A stretch of DNA of 64,000 nucleotides from contig CAXXLZ010000001.1 in the NCBI GenBank assembly GCA_963675595.2, positions 1,376,001 through 1,440,000 of the forward strand, in the 5' to 3' direction. The position numbers and the translations under genes were made by a program. Under the pieces are notes generated by a model that was given only the letters and a program-made list of their open reading frames with translations, did not search any database and was not told the origin of the DNA. The stretch's first letter is position 1, and each line of letters opens with the position of its first letter. Of this stretch, positions 10,387 to 20,257 are shown piece by piece. The DNA comes from Thermodesulfobacteriota bacterium. GTDB lineage: Bacteria > Desulfobacterota > Desulfarculia > JACQYL01.

Positions 10387-11813
10387 AAAACAGCCGTCTG
10401 AAGAGATGGTTCGGGAAAAAGAAACCGGAGGAAGCACCGGAACCGGAGGACCGGGAGATTGAGGAACCGGAAGAGGAGCCCGGCGTCTCTGAAGGCATCG
10501 AGGTAACTGAAGAGGAGCCGGACCCATTGGAGGTTGTGCCTGAGGACGAGGAGAAGCCCTCTTCGAGAGGCCTTTTCGGCTTCATCGGCAGAAAGAGAAG
10601 CCCCAAACCGGAAGAGACCGAATCGGAGGAGCCGTCTTTCGAGGAGCTGTCGGAACCCGAGTTTGAGGAAGAAATCGATTCTTTCATGGAATCCGACGAG
10701 GAGACCGAAGCAGAGGGTACAGACGAGGAGGCATGGGAAGAACCCGACCACAAGGAAAAGTCGTCGCGATTTTTGGGTTTTTTTGGAAGGAACAAGGCCA
10801 CCGAATCGGAAACGGATACCGAGACCCCGGGTGAAGAACCAACGGACTCCGACACGGACGAAGTCGAATCGGCCGAGGTCGACGACGCCCCGAAATCCAA
10901 GATGGGCTTCCTCTCCCGCCTGAAGAGCAGACTCTCCAAGACCAGGTCATCCTTCAAGAGCGGCATGGACCGCTTGCTTCATGGAAAGAAGGAGATCGAC
11001 GACGAACTGCTCGAAGAGCTCGAAGAACTCCTCATTACATCGGACCTCGGTGTAAAGACCACCATGGAGCTCATTCAGTCCATCGAGAAGAAAGTGGGCC
11101 GAAAAGAGCTCGTCGACCCTTCGGCTTTGCGAAGCTTCATGCAGGAGGAGATCGGCGGCTTGGTGGATATCGAATCTCCACCCATGAACCTTTCACACAA
11201 ACCTTCGGTCATCATGGTCGTGGGCGTCAACGGGACCGGGAAAACCACCACCATCGGCAAGCTGGCTCACAAGTTTCGTTCCCAGGGCAAAAGCGTGATC
11301 CTGGCCGCCGGAGACACCTTCCGTGCCGCGGCCATTGAGCAATTGGAGGTTTGGGCGCAACGCGGGAATTGTACCCTGATCAAGCACCAGTCCGGCTCCG
11401 ACCCCAGCGCGGTGGCTTACGACGCCGTGGAAGCGGCCACAGCCCGGCAGAGCGATATAGTCATAGTCGACACCGCCGGCAGGCTCCACACCCAGAAGAA
11501 CCTGATGGAACAACTGAAAAAGATGAAGCGGGTCATCGAGAACCGACTCGAAGGAGCTCCCCACGAAGTATGGCTCGTCCTCGACGCCACTACGGGCCAA
11601 AACGCCCTGGTTCAGGCGAGACTCTTCCATGAAGCTCTCGGCATCACCGGCTTCATCCTGACCAAACTGGACGGCACCGCCAAAGGTGGAATCGCCGTGG
11701 CGATACTACGGGAAATGCAGATTCCAATCCGTTACATCGGCATCGGCGAAGCCATTGAGGACCTAAGGCCTTTCGATTCACTTCAGTTCGTTGAGGCCAT
11801 TTTCAAGGATTGA
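10383..11813 (+). CDS. ftsY: SRP receptor FtsY with long acidic N-terminal region
   Basis: GVNGTGKTTTIGKLA, DTFRAAA, DTAGRLHT, TKLDGTAKGG. Confidence 0.97.
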   Translation: MKNSRLKRWFGKKKPEEAPEPEDREIEEPEEEPGVSEGIEVTEEEPDPLEVVPEDEEKPSSRGLFGFIGRKRSPKPEETESEEPSFEELSEPEFEEEIDSFMESDEETEAEGTDEEAWEEPDHKEKSSRFLGFFGRNKATESETDTETPGEEPTDSDTDEVESAEVDDAPKSKMGFLSRLKSRLSKTRSSFKSGMDRLLHGKKEIDDELLEELEELLITSDLGVKTTMELIQSIEKKVGRKELVDPSALRSFMQEEIGGLVDIESPPMNLSHKPSVIMVVGVNGTGKTTTIGKLAHKFRSQGKSVILAAGDTFRAAAIEQLEVWAQRGNCTLIKHQSGSDPSAVAYDAVEAATARQSDIVIVDTAGRLHTQKNLMEQLKKMKRVIENRLEGAPHEVWLVLDATTGQNALVQARLFHEALGITGFILTKLDGTAKGGIAVAILREMQIPIRYIGIGEAIEDLRPFDSLQFVEAIFKD

Positions 11814-11879
11814 CCTCAAGCCCCGTTCAAAACCGGATATTGAATTGTCCGCGTTTGGACTTGTACTGCGGAGATATCT

Positions 11880-12677
11880 ATGTTGAGCCCCGAATCCTTT
11901 TTCGATGTGTCTCGCACCCGGGAAGCATCTCTTTTTTCCGGATTGGAATTTGTCTGGGAAGCCTTGCCGAGGCTGAAAGCGTACCTCGAAGAAAACCTCG
12001 ATCCCAACGCCGCCGAAATCAGACGCCACGGAGACGTTCTTCAGTCCCCTTTCGCCTTCTGGGAGGGAAAAGTTTTCCGGGATGGAATTACTTTTCGACA
12101 CGGCGACCCGGCCAAGGGAGAATTCAAAGTCTTTCTGGACGGCGAAGAGCTGCCCGACGCTGCGGCGCTGTACCCGGGGGCCGCGTTGCTGTCGGACGAC
12201 ATCGAACTGGCCCCCGGCGTGGTTGTCGAACCCGGCGCCCTCATCATGGGTCCCACGCGCATTGGTGAATGCTCCATCGTTCGCCAGGGAGCCTATGTTC
12301 GGGGTCGGTGCTTGGTGGGTAAGCGATGCGTCGTGGGACACGCCACCGAAATGAAAAGCTCGGTCATGCTGGATGATGCGAAGGCGGGGCACTTCGCCTA
12401 TATCGGCGATAGTATCCTTGGAATGAACACCAATCTGGGCGCGGGAACCAAACTCGCCAACCTGAAACTCCTCCCAACGCCCATTTCGATTCGCATCCCC
12501 GACCGAGCCCCGGTCACCATTCCTCTGCGCAAGCTGGGGGCCATTCTCGGAGACCGATGTCAGACCGGATGCAACAGCGTCACCAACCCGGGCACCCTCC
12601 TCGGCAAGGAAAGCCTGGTGACGCCCAATACAACAACTCGGGCGCATTACTACCCACCCAGGTCCGTGGTCAGGTGA
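11880..12677 (+). CDS. GlmU-related hexapeptide-repeat (LbH) acetyltransferase-like protein
   Basis: GPTRIG..VRQGAYVRG..GHATEMKSS..AGHFAYIGDSILG..NLGAGT..RKLGAILGD..GCNSVTNPG. Confidence 0.85.
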   Translation: MLSPESFFDVSRTREASLFSGLEFVWEALPRLKAYLEENLDPNAAEIRRHGDVLQSPFAFWEGKVFRDGITFRHGDPAKGEFKVFLDGEELPDAAALYPGAALLSDDIELAPGVVVEPGALIMGPTRIGECSIVRQGAYVRGRCLVGKRCVVGHATEMKSSVMLDDAKAGHFAYIGDSILGMNTNLGAGTKLANLKLLPTPISIRIPDRAPVTIPLRKLGAILGDRCQTGCNSVTNPGTLLGKESLVTPNTTTRAHYYPPRSVVR

Positions 12678-12815
12678 TCTCTTGGCCGACCACATTGAGA
12701 TACCGTTTCGTGTCTCCGGCCCCATATGGACCGGTCGCCGGCCGTCTTTACATGGCGGCCGCAGCAAACCAAGGGGCCGCGGGCTTTCGGGATATGACGG
12801 CTGTTCCGAATTCCT

Positions 12816-13277
12816 ATGAGATCGAGGTCACTTAATCCATTGGCTTCCTCTTGGGACAAAATACGCGGCCCGCTCAGCACCCGAGAGACCTCGGCTCTTC
12901 GGGACGTTGCGGTAGCCAAAGGACTCGTGGACCCGGCCAATGCCCGACTCTACACGGTGATCCTCGCCTTTGCCACGCACCATTCTTTTCAGCTGAACGA
13001 GGTTTGCGCACTGAGAATCGAGGACCTGAATCTCTCGAAGAAACGATCCTCCGTGCGTGTTCACGGCCGCAAAGAAGGGAGAGAGGTAACTCTGGCCCGC
13101 GAATTGCGCGACCTTCTGTCCGAACATATCGCCCTTCTAAAAGAGGAGCGAAAAAGGAGGTCGGAACGCCCGCCGGAGAGAATCCTGGAATCCGCCTCGG
13201 GTGCTCCCCTGAGTCCACGCGACATTGAAAGGATTCTCGGGGAACTCCTCCGCATCGCCGGAATTCCTAATATCTAG
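12816..13277 (+). CDS. Degenerate or partial tyrosine-recombinase-fold protein
   Basis: ILAFATHHSFQLNEVCALRIEDLNL..VHGRKEGREVTL resembles box I/patch II, but catalytic Arg appears replaced by Gln and the ORF ends before HxxR/Tyr. Confidence 0.55.
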   Translation: MRSRSLNPLASSWDKIRGPLSTRETSALRDVAVAKGLVDPANARLYTVILAFATHHSFQLNEVCALRIEDLNLSKKRSSVRVHGRKEGREVTLARELRDLLSEHIALLKEERKRRSERPPERILESASGAPLSPRDIERILGELLRIAGIPNI

Positions 13278-14071
13278 AGGGACTTCAGGAAGCGGATCAC
13301 AGGCTCGTTGAAGGAGGAAGGCTCTTCCATAAAGAAGAGATGACCGAGGTTGGGAACCATTTCGACCTTGGCGGCGGGGATCTGCGCGGCGAGATATCCC
13401 GCCGTCTCGGGCTCTATGAGACGGTCCCGCTCCCCGTGGAGGATCAGAACGGGTTTGTCGATCTCCTTTAAGCGCGAACACACGTCGAACTTCAATATGG
13501 CGTCCATCTGAAGAGCGAAGGTGGAATACGGAGGGCGATTCTCCAGGCTCACGCGCAGATACCGTTCCACCACCTCGGGCCGATCTTTGATTGTGCCTTG
13601 CGAAAAAAGTGCCGGAACAGACCTTCTTGCATTTTCCTCATCCGAAGCTTCCGGAAGGGTCTTGAAAAGCTCGTGCACGTCAGGATCGCGGGTGAAACCT
13701 TTCCGGCCCGCACAAGTCGAACACCCCAACACCAGGCTCTTCACCACTTGCGGAGTATCCAAGGCCGCCTGAAGAGCGATCATGCCCCCCATGGAAATAC
13801 CGACCAGATGGGCGGATTCGAACCCTTCCCTCCGTATGATCCCTGCGATGTCCGAGGCCATGTCTCCAATGGTATAGCCGGCGGACGGCTTGTCACTCTT
13901 TCCCGTGCCTCGATTGTCGGGAACGATGACTTTGAATTCTTCCGACAGGGCGGGAATTTGATCGTACCAAAGGGCGCCTGAGTTGGCGTATCCTCGGATC
14001 AGCACCAAGGGGTCGCCTGTGCCCTCCACCTCATAGGCAATGCGCACTCCGTTGTTAAGAATCGACGGCAT
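13274..14071 (-). CDS. Alpha/beta fold hydrolase
   Basis: DNRGTGKS, GISMGG nucleophile elbow, HGERD, GH catalytic His. Confidence 0.92.
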   Translation of the reverse strand: MPSILNNGVRIAYEVEGTGDPLVLIRGYANSGALWYDQIPALSEEFKVIVPDNRGTGKSDKPSAGYTIGDMASDIAGIIRREGFESAHLVGISMGGMIALQAALDTPQVVKSLVLGCSTCAGRKGFTRDPDVHELFKTLPEASDEENARRSVPALFSQGTIKDRPEVVERYLRVSLENRPPYSTFALQMDAILKFDVCSRLKEIDKPVLILHGERDRLIEPETAGYLAAQIPAAKVEMVPNLGHLFFMEEPSSFNEPVIRFLKSL

Positions 14072-14083
14072 AATCCACCCTTT

Positions 14084-14725
14084 TCAGCGCCGGTTGTCCA
14101 ACCAAGGGTTCCGACGATTCCAGAACGTCTCCATGGCTGCGTCGTTGGCCACTCCCCAGTGGATCACACAGCAGCCGCCCGGATCGTCCGCCTTGAACTC
14201 CAATGTGTGGTCTCCGGCCTTGAGGTTTTCCATTCTGAGTACCGAGGGGTTCTCAGGCATGATTTCAATTCGTTCCACCGGATCCCTGGGGCCTCCGACG
14301 GAATAGGCCTCCAGCACCTGGCCGTCCACAATGACCAGCACCCGATTACCGATGCGGCTTTCGGTTGCGAATAGGGCCAGAGAGAACAAGAGATAGTGGG
14401 CTCCGTCGTTGGGAGTTCGAAACCGGTACGGATAGGGCCCGGGATTCACCAGCTCCGGAGGTACGTCACAAGACAGACTTCGGTTCCTTTCTTGATCGAA
14501 GTAGGAGGAGGCCCTGCCCTGATACTCCATTGCCAGGGGTTCGGGCTTCGCACGGCCCGGGGTCACACAGGAGCAAACCAGCATTAACTGGAGTACGACC
14601 GCGCACCAAGCCGCGGCACGGCCGAATCGAGAGCGCGAAAAGTCCGCCGGTCTCATGGAGATGGTAGCTCCCGCTGTTTTAATATCCACGGACGCCGATC
14701 TCGTTTGTCGATCCGAAATCCGCAA
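14084..14725 (-). CDS. Hypothetical protein, probable lipoprotein (start uncertain)
   Basis: Hydrophobic stretch ending LMLVCSC (lipobox-like); in operon with neighbours. Confidence 0.5.
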   Translation of the reverse strand: MRISDRQTRSASVDIKTAGATISMRPADFSRSRFGRAAAWCAVVLQLMLVCSCVTPGRAKPEPLAMEYQGRASSYFDQERNRSLSCDVPPELVNPGPYPYRFRTPNDGAHYLLFSLALFATESRIGNRVLVIVDGQVLEAYSVGGPRDPVERIEIMPENPSVLRMENLKAGDHTLEFKADDPGGCCVIHWGVANDAAMETFWNRRNPWLDNRR

Positions 14726-15137
14726 AGGGATGATCGTCCTCCGCGTCGTAGGTGCCCGAGTAATACTCGATCAGGTCCGAAGGTTCGTCAACGGCCTGGA
14801 AGCGGTGAGCCAACCGTGGATGTATGCGAATAATGTCCCCGGTTCGTATGATGTGGGCTCTTTCTTGGGATGTATCCAGATCCACTGTGTCCACGCGGAC
14901 CATGCCCCGGATGACATAGAAGCATTCCACTTTATGCAAATGATAGTGCCCTCCCCGAAAGTGTCCGGGGCCGGGCAGAATGGAAACGTAGGCCAGATGC
15001 CCGATGGGCATTCCGTCTTCGATGAGGGCCAGTTCTCCTCTGTCCTGAACCAACCTCTTCCTTGGAATGAACGCCTCGGTCAGAGGCAGAGACTCGATCT
15101 CCACCTTGTCGACCGGGTGAGCGTGTTGCGTCGTCAT
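14679..15137 (-). CDS. Cupin-domain protein (sugar epimerase/isomerase-like)
   Basis: DRG..RGGHYH..E.F..GD.I.I.P..AH cupin motifs. Confidence 0.75.
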   Translation of the reverse strand: MTTQHAHPVDKVEIESLPLTEAFIPRKRLVQDRGELALIEDGMPIGHLAYVSILPGPGHFRGGHYHLHKVECFYVIRGMVRVDTVDLDTSQERAHIIRTGDIIRIHPRLAHRFQAVDEPSDLIEYYSGTYDAEDDHPFADFGSTNEIGVRGY

Positions 15138-15176
15138 GTCACGATTCCCGCCGGTGCCGGCGGTCTAAGGAGCCCA

Positions 15177-15764
15177 TTAAAAATCAAAGGGCTTGCAGAT
15201 GATCTCGCGGATTTTCATGTCGAAGAAGTGTGCGGAGTTGGCCGGCCTGATTACTGCGGCGGTGTCCGCTCCTTTGGCCGTGCCGCCCACCGCGATGACA
15301 TCTTCGTCGGTACGCACCAAACCGGCATCGGCGGCCATCATAGTGATCTCCGCCGACACTTTGACTCCTTGGCCCAAGGTGCGCAAAGTGTAGGCCATGA
15401 TCTCGTCCACCTGAAACGTACCCGTCTTGTTTCTAAATGCCCGTCCAACGCCGCCGAAGGCGTGCCCGGCGGTGACTATGTGGACCCCTCTCCCCTCCAA
15501 AGAGCGCGCCGCGTCTTCGGAAATCTCCTGTGAGTTGGGCTCCTTAAAACCCGTCACGTGACTTACCGCGATCACCCTGACATCCTCGGGAAGCATGTCC
15601 CTCGCCTTGAGAGCGGTATCGCCGGAACAAGTGGCAACAAGTACTTTCTTTATTCCCAGTTCCATGGCTCGCTTTGCCACCGACTTGATGACGGCTCCGG
15701 TGTTTTTCGGTCCCGGTTTCCTGAAACAGAGACATTCAACAATATCGTAATCCGCCCGTTCCAT
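15177..15764 (-). CDS. Pyruvate kinase alpha/beta (PK_C-like) domain protein
   Basis: PGPKNT..VATCSGDTA..HVTGF..TLRTLGQGVKV..MAADAG..GGTAKGADTA; SD upstream of ATG 15764. Confidence 0.85.
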   Translation of the reverse strand: MERADYDIVECLCFRKPGPKNTGAVIKSVAKRAMELGIKKVLVATCSGDTALKARDMLPEDVRVIAVSHVTGFKEPNSQEISEDAARSLEGRGVHIVTAGHAFGGVGRAFRNKTGTFQVDEIMAYTLRTLGQGVKVSAEITMMAADAGLVRTDEDVIAVGGTAKGADTAAVIRPANSAHFFDMKIREIICKPFDF

Positions 15765-16102
15765 CACCCTCTCCTTTGTCCCCGGAAAATGTGATGCATT
15801 AAAGCACAAAGCCTTTGAAAAAAAAAGGGCATTCCAAATGCGATGACAGGGAGGGACGCGTTGGAAAAGGCGTCGCCTTGACTCGGATGTAGTGTGCCGT
15901 TAATATAGGTATGGTTCGATCATGACCCGGTGGCGAGAAGTACGGGTGATCCGGACCTCGCCGATGTGGCGTGAAACAATAGTGGGAATCGACGTTTGGA
16001 AGTATGCGCGAAGGCGAGCGGAAACCTTCCGATCCCGAAAGGACCGGAATACAACCCAAAATACCGCCGGTCAGGCGGAAAAAAAGTGATGGAGGTACCG
16101 TT

Positions 16103-16657
16103 ATGAAGAAGTGGTGGGTTATTGGTCTTGCAGTGATGTTCGCCCTAGGAAGCTTTACCGCATCGTACGCGGCCGACAATCCTTTGAAGGCGAAGGAAAA
16201 GGAAGTCTGGCAAGGCTTCCGTGACCTGATTCCCGCAGACCGAATTCTCGATGTGAATGCCTTTCACAAACTTTATACCGACGTCATGGCGGGCAAAGAA
16301 AAAGCGTATCTCATCGACGTAAGAACCCATCCCGAGTTCTACGCCGGTCACATTCCCGGTACGGATCACATTCATGCGGGCCACGTCTATACGATTCCCA
16401 AGTACGTCGACGACCCCGACGCCAAGATCGTGGTATGGTGCCGCACCAGACACCGCGCGACCTATGTCACGGGTATGCTGATCAAATACGGCTACAAGAA
16501 TGTCTATATCTTCGACGAAGGCGTGGTGGGCTGGATGAAGGCCGGATATCCTCTGTGCAACCAGTTCATGGGCAAGTTCCAGGTGGTGGAGTACCATAAG
16601 GACTTCTCCGGCCAGGACAAAGACCCCTTCAACTTCAGGGAATTCCATCCCTATTGA
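16103..16657 (+). CDS. Exported rhodanese-like protein
   Basis: Signal peptide MKKWWVIGLAV..ASYA; IDVRT..EF..GHIPG; active loop WCRTRHRA; GVVGWMKAGYP. Confidence 0.88.
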   Translation: MKKWWVIGLAVMFALGSFTASYAADNPLKAKEKEVWQGFRDLIPADRILDVNAFHKLYTDVMAGKEKAYLIDVRTHPEFYAGHIPGTDHIHAGHVYTIPKYVDDPDAKIVVWCRTRHRATYVTGMLIKYGYKNVYIFDEGVVGWMKAGYPLCNQFMGKFQVVEYHKDFSGQDKDPFNFREFHPY

Positions 16658-16689
16658 TTACAGCGGCCCTTTGAGCCGAGTGTCTGAAT

Positions 16690-16729
16690 AAGAGAAAGGG
16701 AGCGGTGCGGCCGCTCCCCTTTCTCTTTT
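16690..16729. terminator. Bidirectional intrinsic terminator
   Basis: AAGAGAAAGGGAGCGG..CCGCTCCCCTTTCTCTTTT between convergent genes. Confidence 0.8.
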
Positions 16730-16776
16730 GTACAGACGTTCGGTTTCTCGATGCCGACGGGCTACCGGCATGAACC

Positions 16777-17544
16777 TCACTTGACTCGTTCTATGTACGC
16801 GTAGGCGCTGTGGTTGTGAATGCTTTCGAAGTTTTCCGTTTCCACGGTGAACCAAGTGATATTGTCGTCCATATCCAGCTTCAACGCCACCTCCCTGACC
16901 ACGTCTTCCACGAACCTCGGATTCCGATACGCCCGCTCCGTGACGTATTTCTCATCGGAACGTTTCAGAATCGAATAGACCTCACAGGAAGCGCAGGACT
17001 CGACCATCTGAATGATGTCCTCGATCCAGATGAAGCGTTTGAACCGCAGCGTTACCGCAACCTGACCGCGTTGGTTATGAGCGCCGAACTCGCTGATCTC
17101 CTTCGAGCATGGGCATAGGGTGGAAATAGGAACCGTGAGGCCCACCACCAGGTCCATGCCGTGATTCAGACTCCCTTTGAATGAGCAAATATACTCCATC
17201 AAACCGCACGTACCGCTTACCGGAGCCTGTTTTTCGATGAAATAGGGAAAGGTGATCTCCATGTGGGCCGACTCTGCGTTGAGCCGCACTTTCATTTCTT
17301 CGAGGACCTGCGGAATACTCTCGATACTGATCTGATGTCTGTATTCGCTCAGAATTTCCACGAAGCGGCTCATGTGGGTTCCCTTGTAGTCCTTGGGAAG
17401 GTCCACATACATGTTGATGGAAGCCACCGTCCTCTGCTTGCCCATGTATTTGTCTTTAACCGTGATGGGATACCGGATATCCTTCACACCGACTTTGTCG
17501 ATCCTCAAATTCCGGTTATCCTTTTGGTTCTGCACGTCTATCAT
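16777..17544 (-). CDS. folE2: GTP cyclohydrolase FolE2
   Basis: IDKVGVK, KGTHMSRF, TLCPCSKEIS..GAHNQR, LKRSDEKYVTERAY.NPRFVEDVVR, ESIHNHSAYA. Confidence 0.96.
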   Translation of the reverse strand: MIDVQNQKDNRNLRIDKVGVKDIRYPITVKDKYMGKQRTVASINMYVDLPKDYKGTHMSRFVEILSEYRHQISIESIPQVLEEMKVRLNAESAHMEITFPYFIEKQAPVSGTCGLMEYICSFKGSLNHGMDLVVGLTVPISTLCPCSKEISEFGAHNQRGQVAVTLRFKRFIWIEDIIQMVESCASCEVYSILKRSDEKYVTERAYRNPRFVEDVVREVALKLDMDDNITWFTVETENFESIHNHSAYAYIERVK

Positions 17545-17822
17545 TTCGGTTATCTGCCCATAGCTGTTGATTCGGTTTGGTTCGACCGCCTGAGCGGCCG
17601 TTTGAAGGATCGAAGCGGGCAATTGGAGGTGAAACCCGGCGACGGTACCCTATTATTGTCTCGATCGGGTGCGGCAGAGTGCCGCTCGGAAGGTTGAGGC
17701 AGGATCGAAAAACGTTTAAGAATAACATGCTGAATCAAGAAAAGCCAAGCCCGTTTTCCGCTTAACCGCGCATCTTGTTACCGCAACGCGTGACCGCGTT
17801 GTGGTACGGTCCATGGGAATCC

Positions 17823-19771
17823 GACAGGAGTTTCAGAGTTGGCGAAGAAGACAGTACTCAATTAGCTGAAATCAAGACATAAATCAGCTTTGAAGTTGTA
17901 GAACCGAACCGTCGTTTATTGTGTATCCAAGGGCGTTCAGCACCTTGGTTTGGATGTCGTTGGGCTCCTCGATTTGGACGGACGGTTGTGTGGCGCCCTT
18001 CTGCCAGCTCAAGATGGAGTTGAGACTTGCCATTTCTTCGATGAGCGTTTTTGCGGTTTCGGACCCACCGACCTTGAGTTCGAGGAGTCTCAGACATGAG
18101 AGGGCGATGATACACGTCAAAAGATGACAGCGGATTTTGCTGTCGGTCCAATGAAACATCGGGTTGATCCTGACGTGGCATGGAGCCTTGCTCACCCGAA
18201 ACTGCTGCTCGATGCGGTATCTGTCAAGGGAAGCCTGGACGATGGCCTCGGTATCCCAATCATGATGGTCGGTGACGATGAGATTCTTCCCCATGACGGC
18301 CTTCGCCGCCTCGATCTCCGCATAGTCCCTTCGGAAGCTCATGATCTCTTCCGTGAAAGCCAAGCGATAGAATTTGTGACTGATATGAAGCTGTTCACAG
18401 ACCTTGTGATAACGGGTGGTGATGGCTTTAGGGTTTCGCCATTGAGGTTCCCGGTCGCGGAACTTTTGCCGGAATTGGACGAGTTCCGTTTTCAGTTGAT
18501 CCAGTTTCCGGCTCATATCGTGAAGTTTTTTGCGTTTGGTAACCGGGTTGAAGGTGACCACCACGGTGCGCTCCCGACCCCATAGGGTCAGCTTGGTCCG
18601 GTAGGCGGTGAGTCTGTCCTCGGGGCGTTCTTCGGCTTCGAGCCGATGGTTTTTGGGGATATCGAGAACCAGGAAGTGCTCGGGATTCAGGGCGGCCAGA
18701 TGGTCGGCGAAATAGGTGGAATAGGTCGTAATGAAATAGATTCGGCTTTGGGCATCGATGCGGGCCATGTTTTCTTTTGAATTCATGCCCTTGTCAAAGA
18801 CGACGGTAAGGGTTTTGTTTCCGTCCGCAAAGCCGAGGATCACGCCGAACAGCTCGTCGAGAATCCGCTCGAACAGCTTGGAATCATGGAGGTTGCCGGG
18901 ATAGACCTTGTAATGGATCGGCAATGAGGTAGTGCGATCCGTCAATAATCCGAGGCCGACTTGCCGCAGGTGGTGTTTTCCGCTCTTGTTGTAACCCCTT
19001 GCCGCCAAATCGGAACCGGTCTTGGTGGCCATGTAGGTGAAATAGTTGGTGGTGTCGAACAGCACGGTGTCGGGGTTCTGCCGGCGACCCGTCCAGAGCC
19101 TTTGGAGGAAAAGCCGACCGGCCTTCTCAACCTGTTCCCTGGAAACGCGATCCCACTTCTCCCAGTAGCGCTCGGAGGTCAGTTGAGTCAAATCCACTGG
19201 ACGAATCTGTTGGACGGCGGTCTTTCGGTACCATTCCTCAAGGGAGCGCTTGCTCTTGGGAGCGATCATTCGGTTGGCCCAGGCGTAGTAGAAATACTCG
19301 CCCACCGTGGGGCCGGTTTCGTTACGCCCTCTTGGGACAACACTGTCGATGATGCCGATCGTATCCAGTTCTTGTTCCAGGGCATGAGCCACGAAGAGGG
19401 CCCCAAAGGACTCTGTTTTAAGTCTGGACGGCTTGCCCGAAGTCTCGGCTTCTTGGAGTTTGGCGAGGATGGTTTCCGGGGTTCCGAGATACTTTTGCCA
19501 CTTCACTTGGACCTTCCCGCCGACGCGGTGGACCTCACGAAGATACCAGTAGGTTCTACCCTTGAAGGTCTTCTTATACAAATGCGGCATAATCGAATTA
19601 TGCCTAATAGGTTCTACATGTCAAGAGGAAAATCGATTGTCGTTGAAAAATAAGGCGCTTAGATCAGGATATCCGGGGCGGGAAGGTAGGTTCTACGTAT
19701 CATCGAGAGGTAACTACCCGAAACTATTATTGAATTTGCCGTTACAAAAGATTATCCCTGAAACTCCTGTC
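17823..19771 (-). mobile_element. IS1634-family insertion sequence
   Basis: Single DDE transposase flanked by a perfect 14-bp inverted repeat GACAGGAGTTTCAG (17823-17836) / CTGAAACTCCTGTC (19758-19771); no direct target duplication seen. Confidence 0.8.
17884..19590 (-). CDS. IS1634-family DDE transposase
   Basis: LFDTTNYFTY..RGYNK..LRQVGL..YPGN.HD..VFDKG..RYRIEQQFR.SK..PMFHWTD.KIRCH. Confidence 0.9.
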   Translation of the reverse strand: MPHLYKKTFKGRTYWYLREVHRVGGKVQVKWQKYLGTPETILAKLQEAETSGKPSRLKTESFGALFVAHALEQELDTIGIIDSVVPRGRNETGPTVGEYFYYAWANRMIAPKSKRSLEEWYRKTAVQQIRPVDLTQLTSERYWEKWDRVSREQVEKAGRLFLQRLWTGRRQNPDTVLFDTTNYFTYMATKTGSDLAARGYNKSGKHHLRQVGLGLLTDRTTSLPIHYKVYPGNLHDSKLFERILDELFGVILGFADGNKTLTVVFDKGMNSKENMARIDAQSRIYFITTYSTYFADHLAALNPEHFLVLDIPKNHRLEAEERPEDRLTAYRTKLTLWGRERTVVVTFNPVTKRKKLHDMSRKLDQLKTELVQFRQKFRDREPQWRNPKAITTRYHKVCEQLHISHKFYRLAFTEEIMSFRRDYAEIEAAKAVMGKNLIVTDHHDWDTEAIVQASLDRYRIEQQFRVSKAPCHVRINPMFHWTDSKIRCHLLTCIIALSCLRLLELKVGGSETAKTLIEEMASLNSILSWQKGATQPSVQIEEPNDIQTKVLNALGYTINDGSVLQLQS

Positions 19772-19870
19772 CGAGTCCGGGAAGAATAGGTCGCGGCGAA
19801 AAAACATTCAATAGCCACCTGTAACGGCCTCCCCTTCCGCGCAACAAAAGGAGCGGAACGACGTTCCGGC

Positions 19871-20257
19871 CTATCTCGGCGGAACGGGCGAATGAGGTAC
19901 ATAGGGCTTTTTAGGGTCCGGGATTCGTGGAGCATGGACTTCCGGGGCGAAGGGACCGAATTTTTCCGGCGTGGGCGGAAAACCTCCCATGGCGGGTTCG
20001 TCGCGGAACAAGTGCGGCTTCGCCGGCACCGGTTCCGGGGAGCGCGGAGGCCGCACGCCGAGTTCCACCGCGTCGGGACGGAGTTCACTGTCTACGGGAA
20101 CCTTGGCCACGGGAATGTGCGCTCGATTTTCGGCTCCAGCCTGCGAGGCGAAAAATACGAGCAACACCGTCAAGAGCACTGCGGACCGCCGGCGTAGGTA
20201 GTCGCGTGTTCGAGCCATCACTTCCCCGCCCTTCTTCCGAGCCATTGTCCCCCTCAC
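19871..20257 (-). CDS. Hypothetical exported proline-rich protein
   Basis: Signal-peptide-like segment (VLLTVLLVFFASQAGA); overlaps stop of HDOD kinase. Confidence 0.5.
   Translation of the reverse strand: MRGTMARKKGGEVMARTRDYLRRRSAVLLTVLLVFFASQAGAENRAHIPVAKVPVDSELRPDAVELGVRPPRSPEPVPAKPHLFRDEPAMGGFPPTPEKFGPFAPEVHAPRIPDPKKPYVPHSPVPPR

Noticed and set aside
15960-16090. Hairpin-rich leader upstream of the rhodanese gene
   Set aside because: No match to a riboswitch consensus I can support
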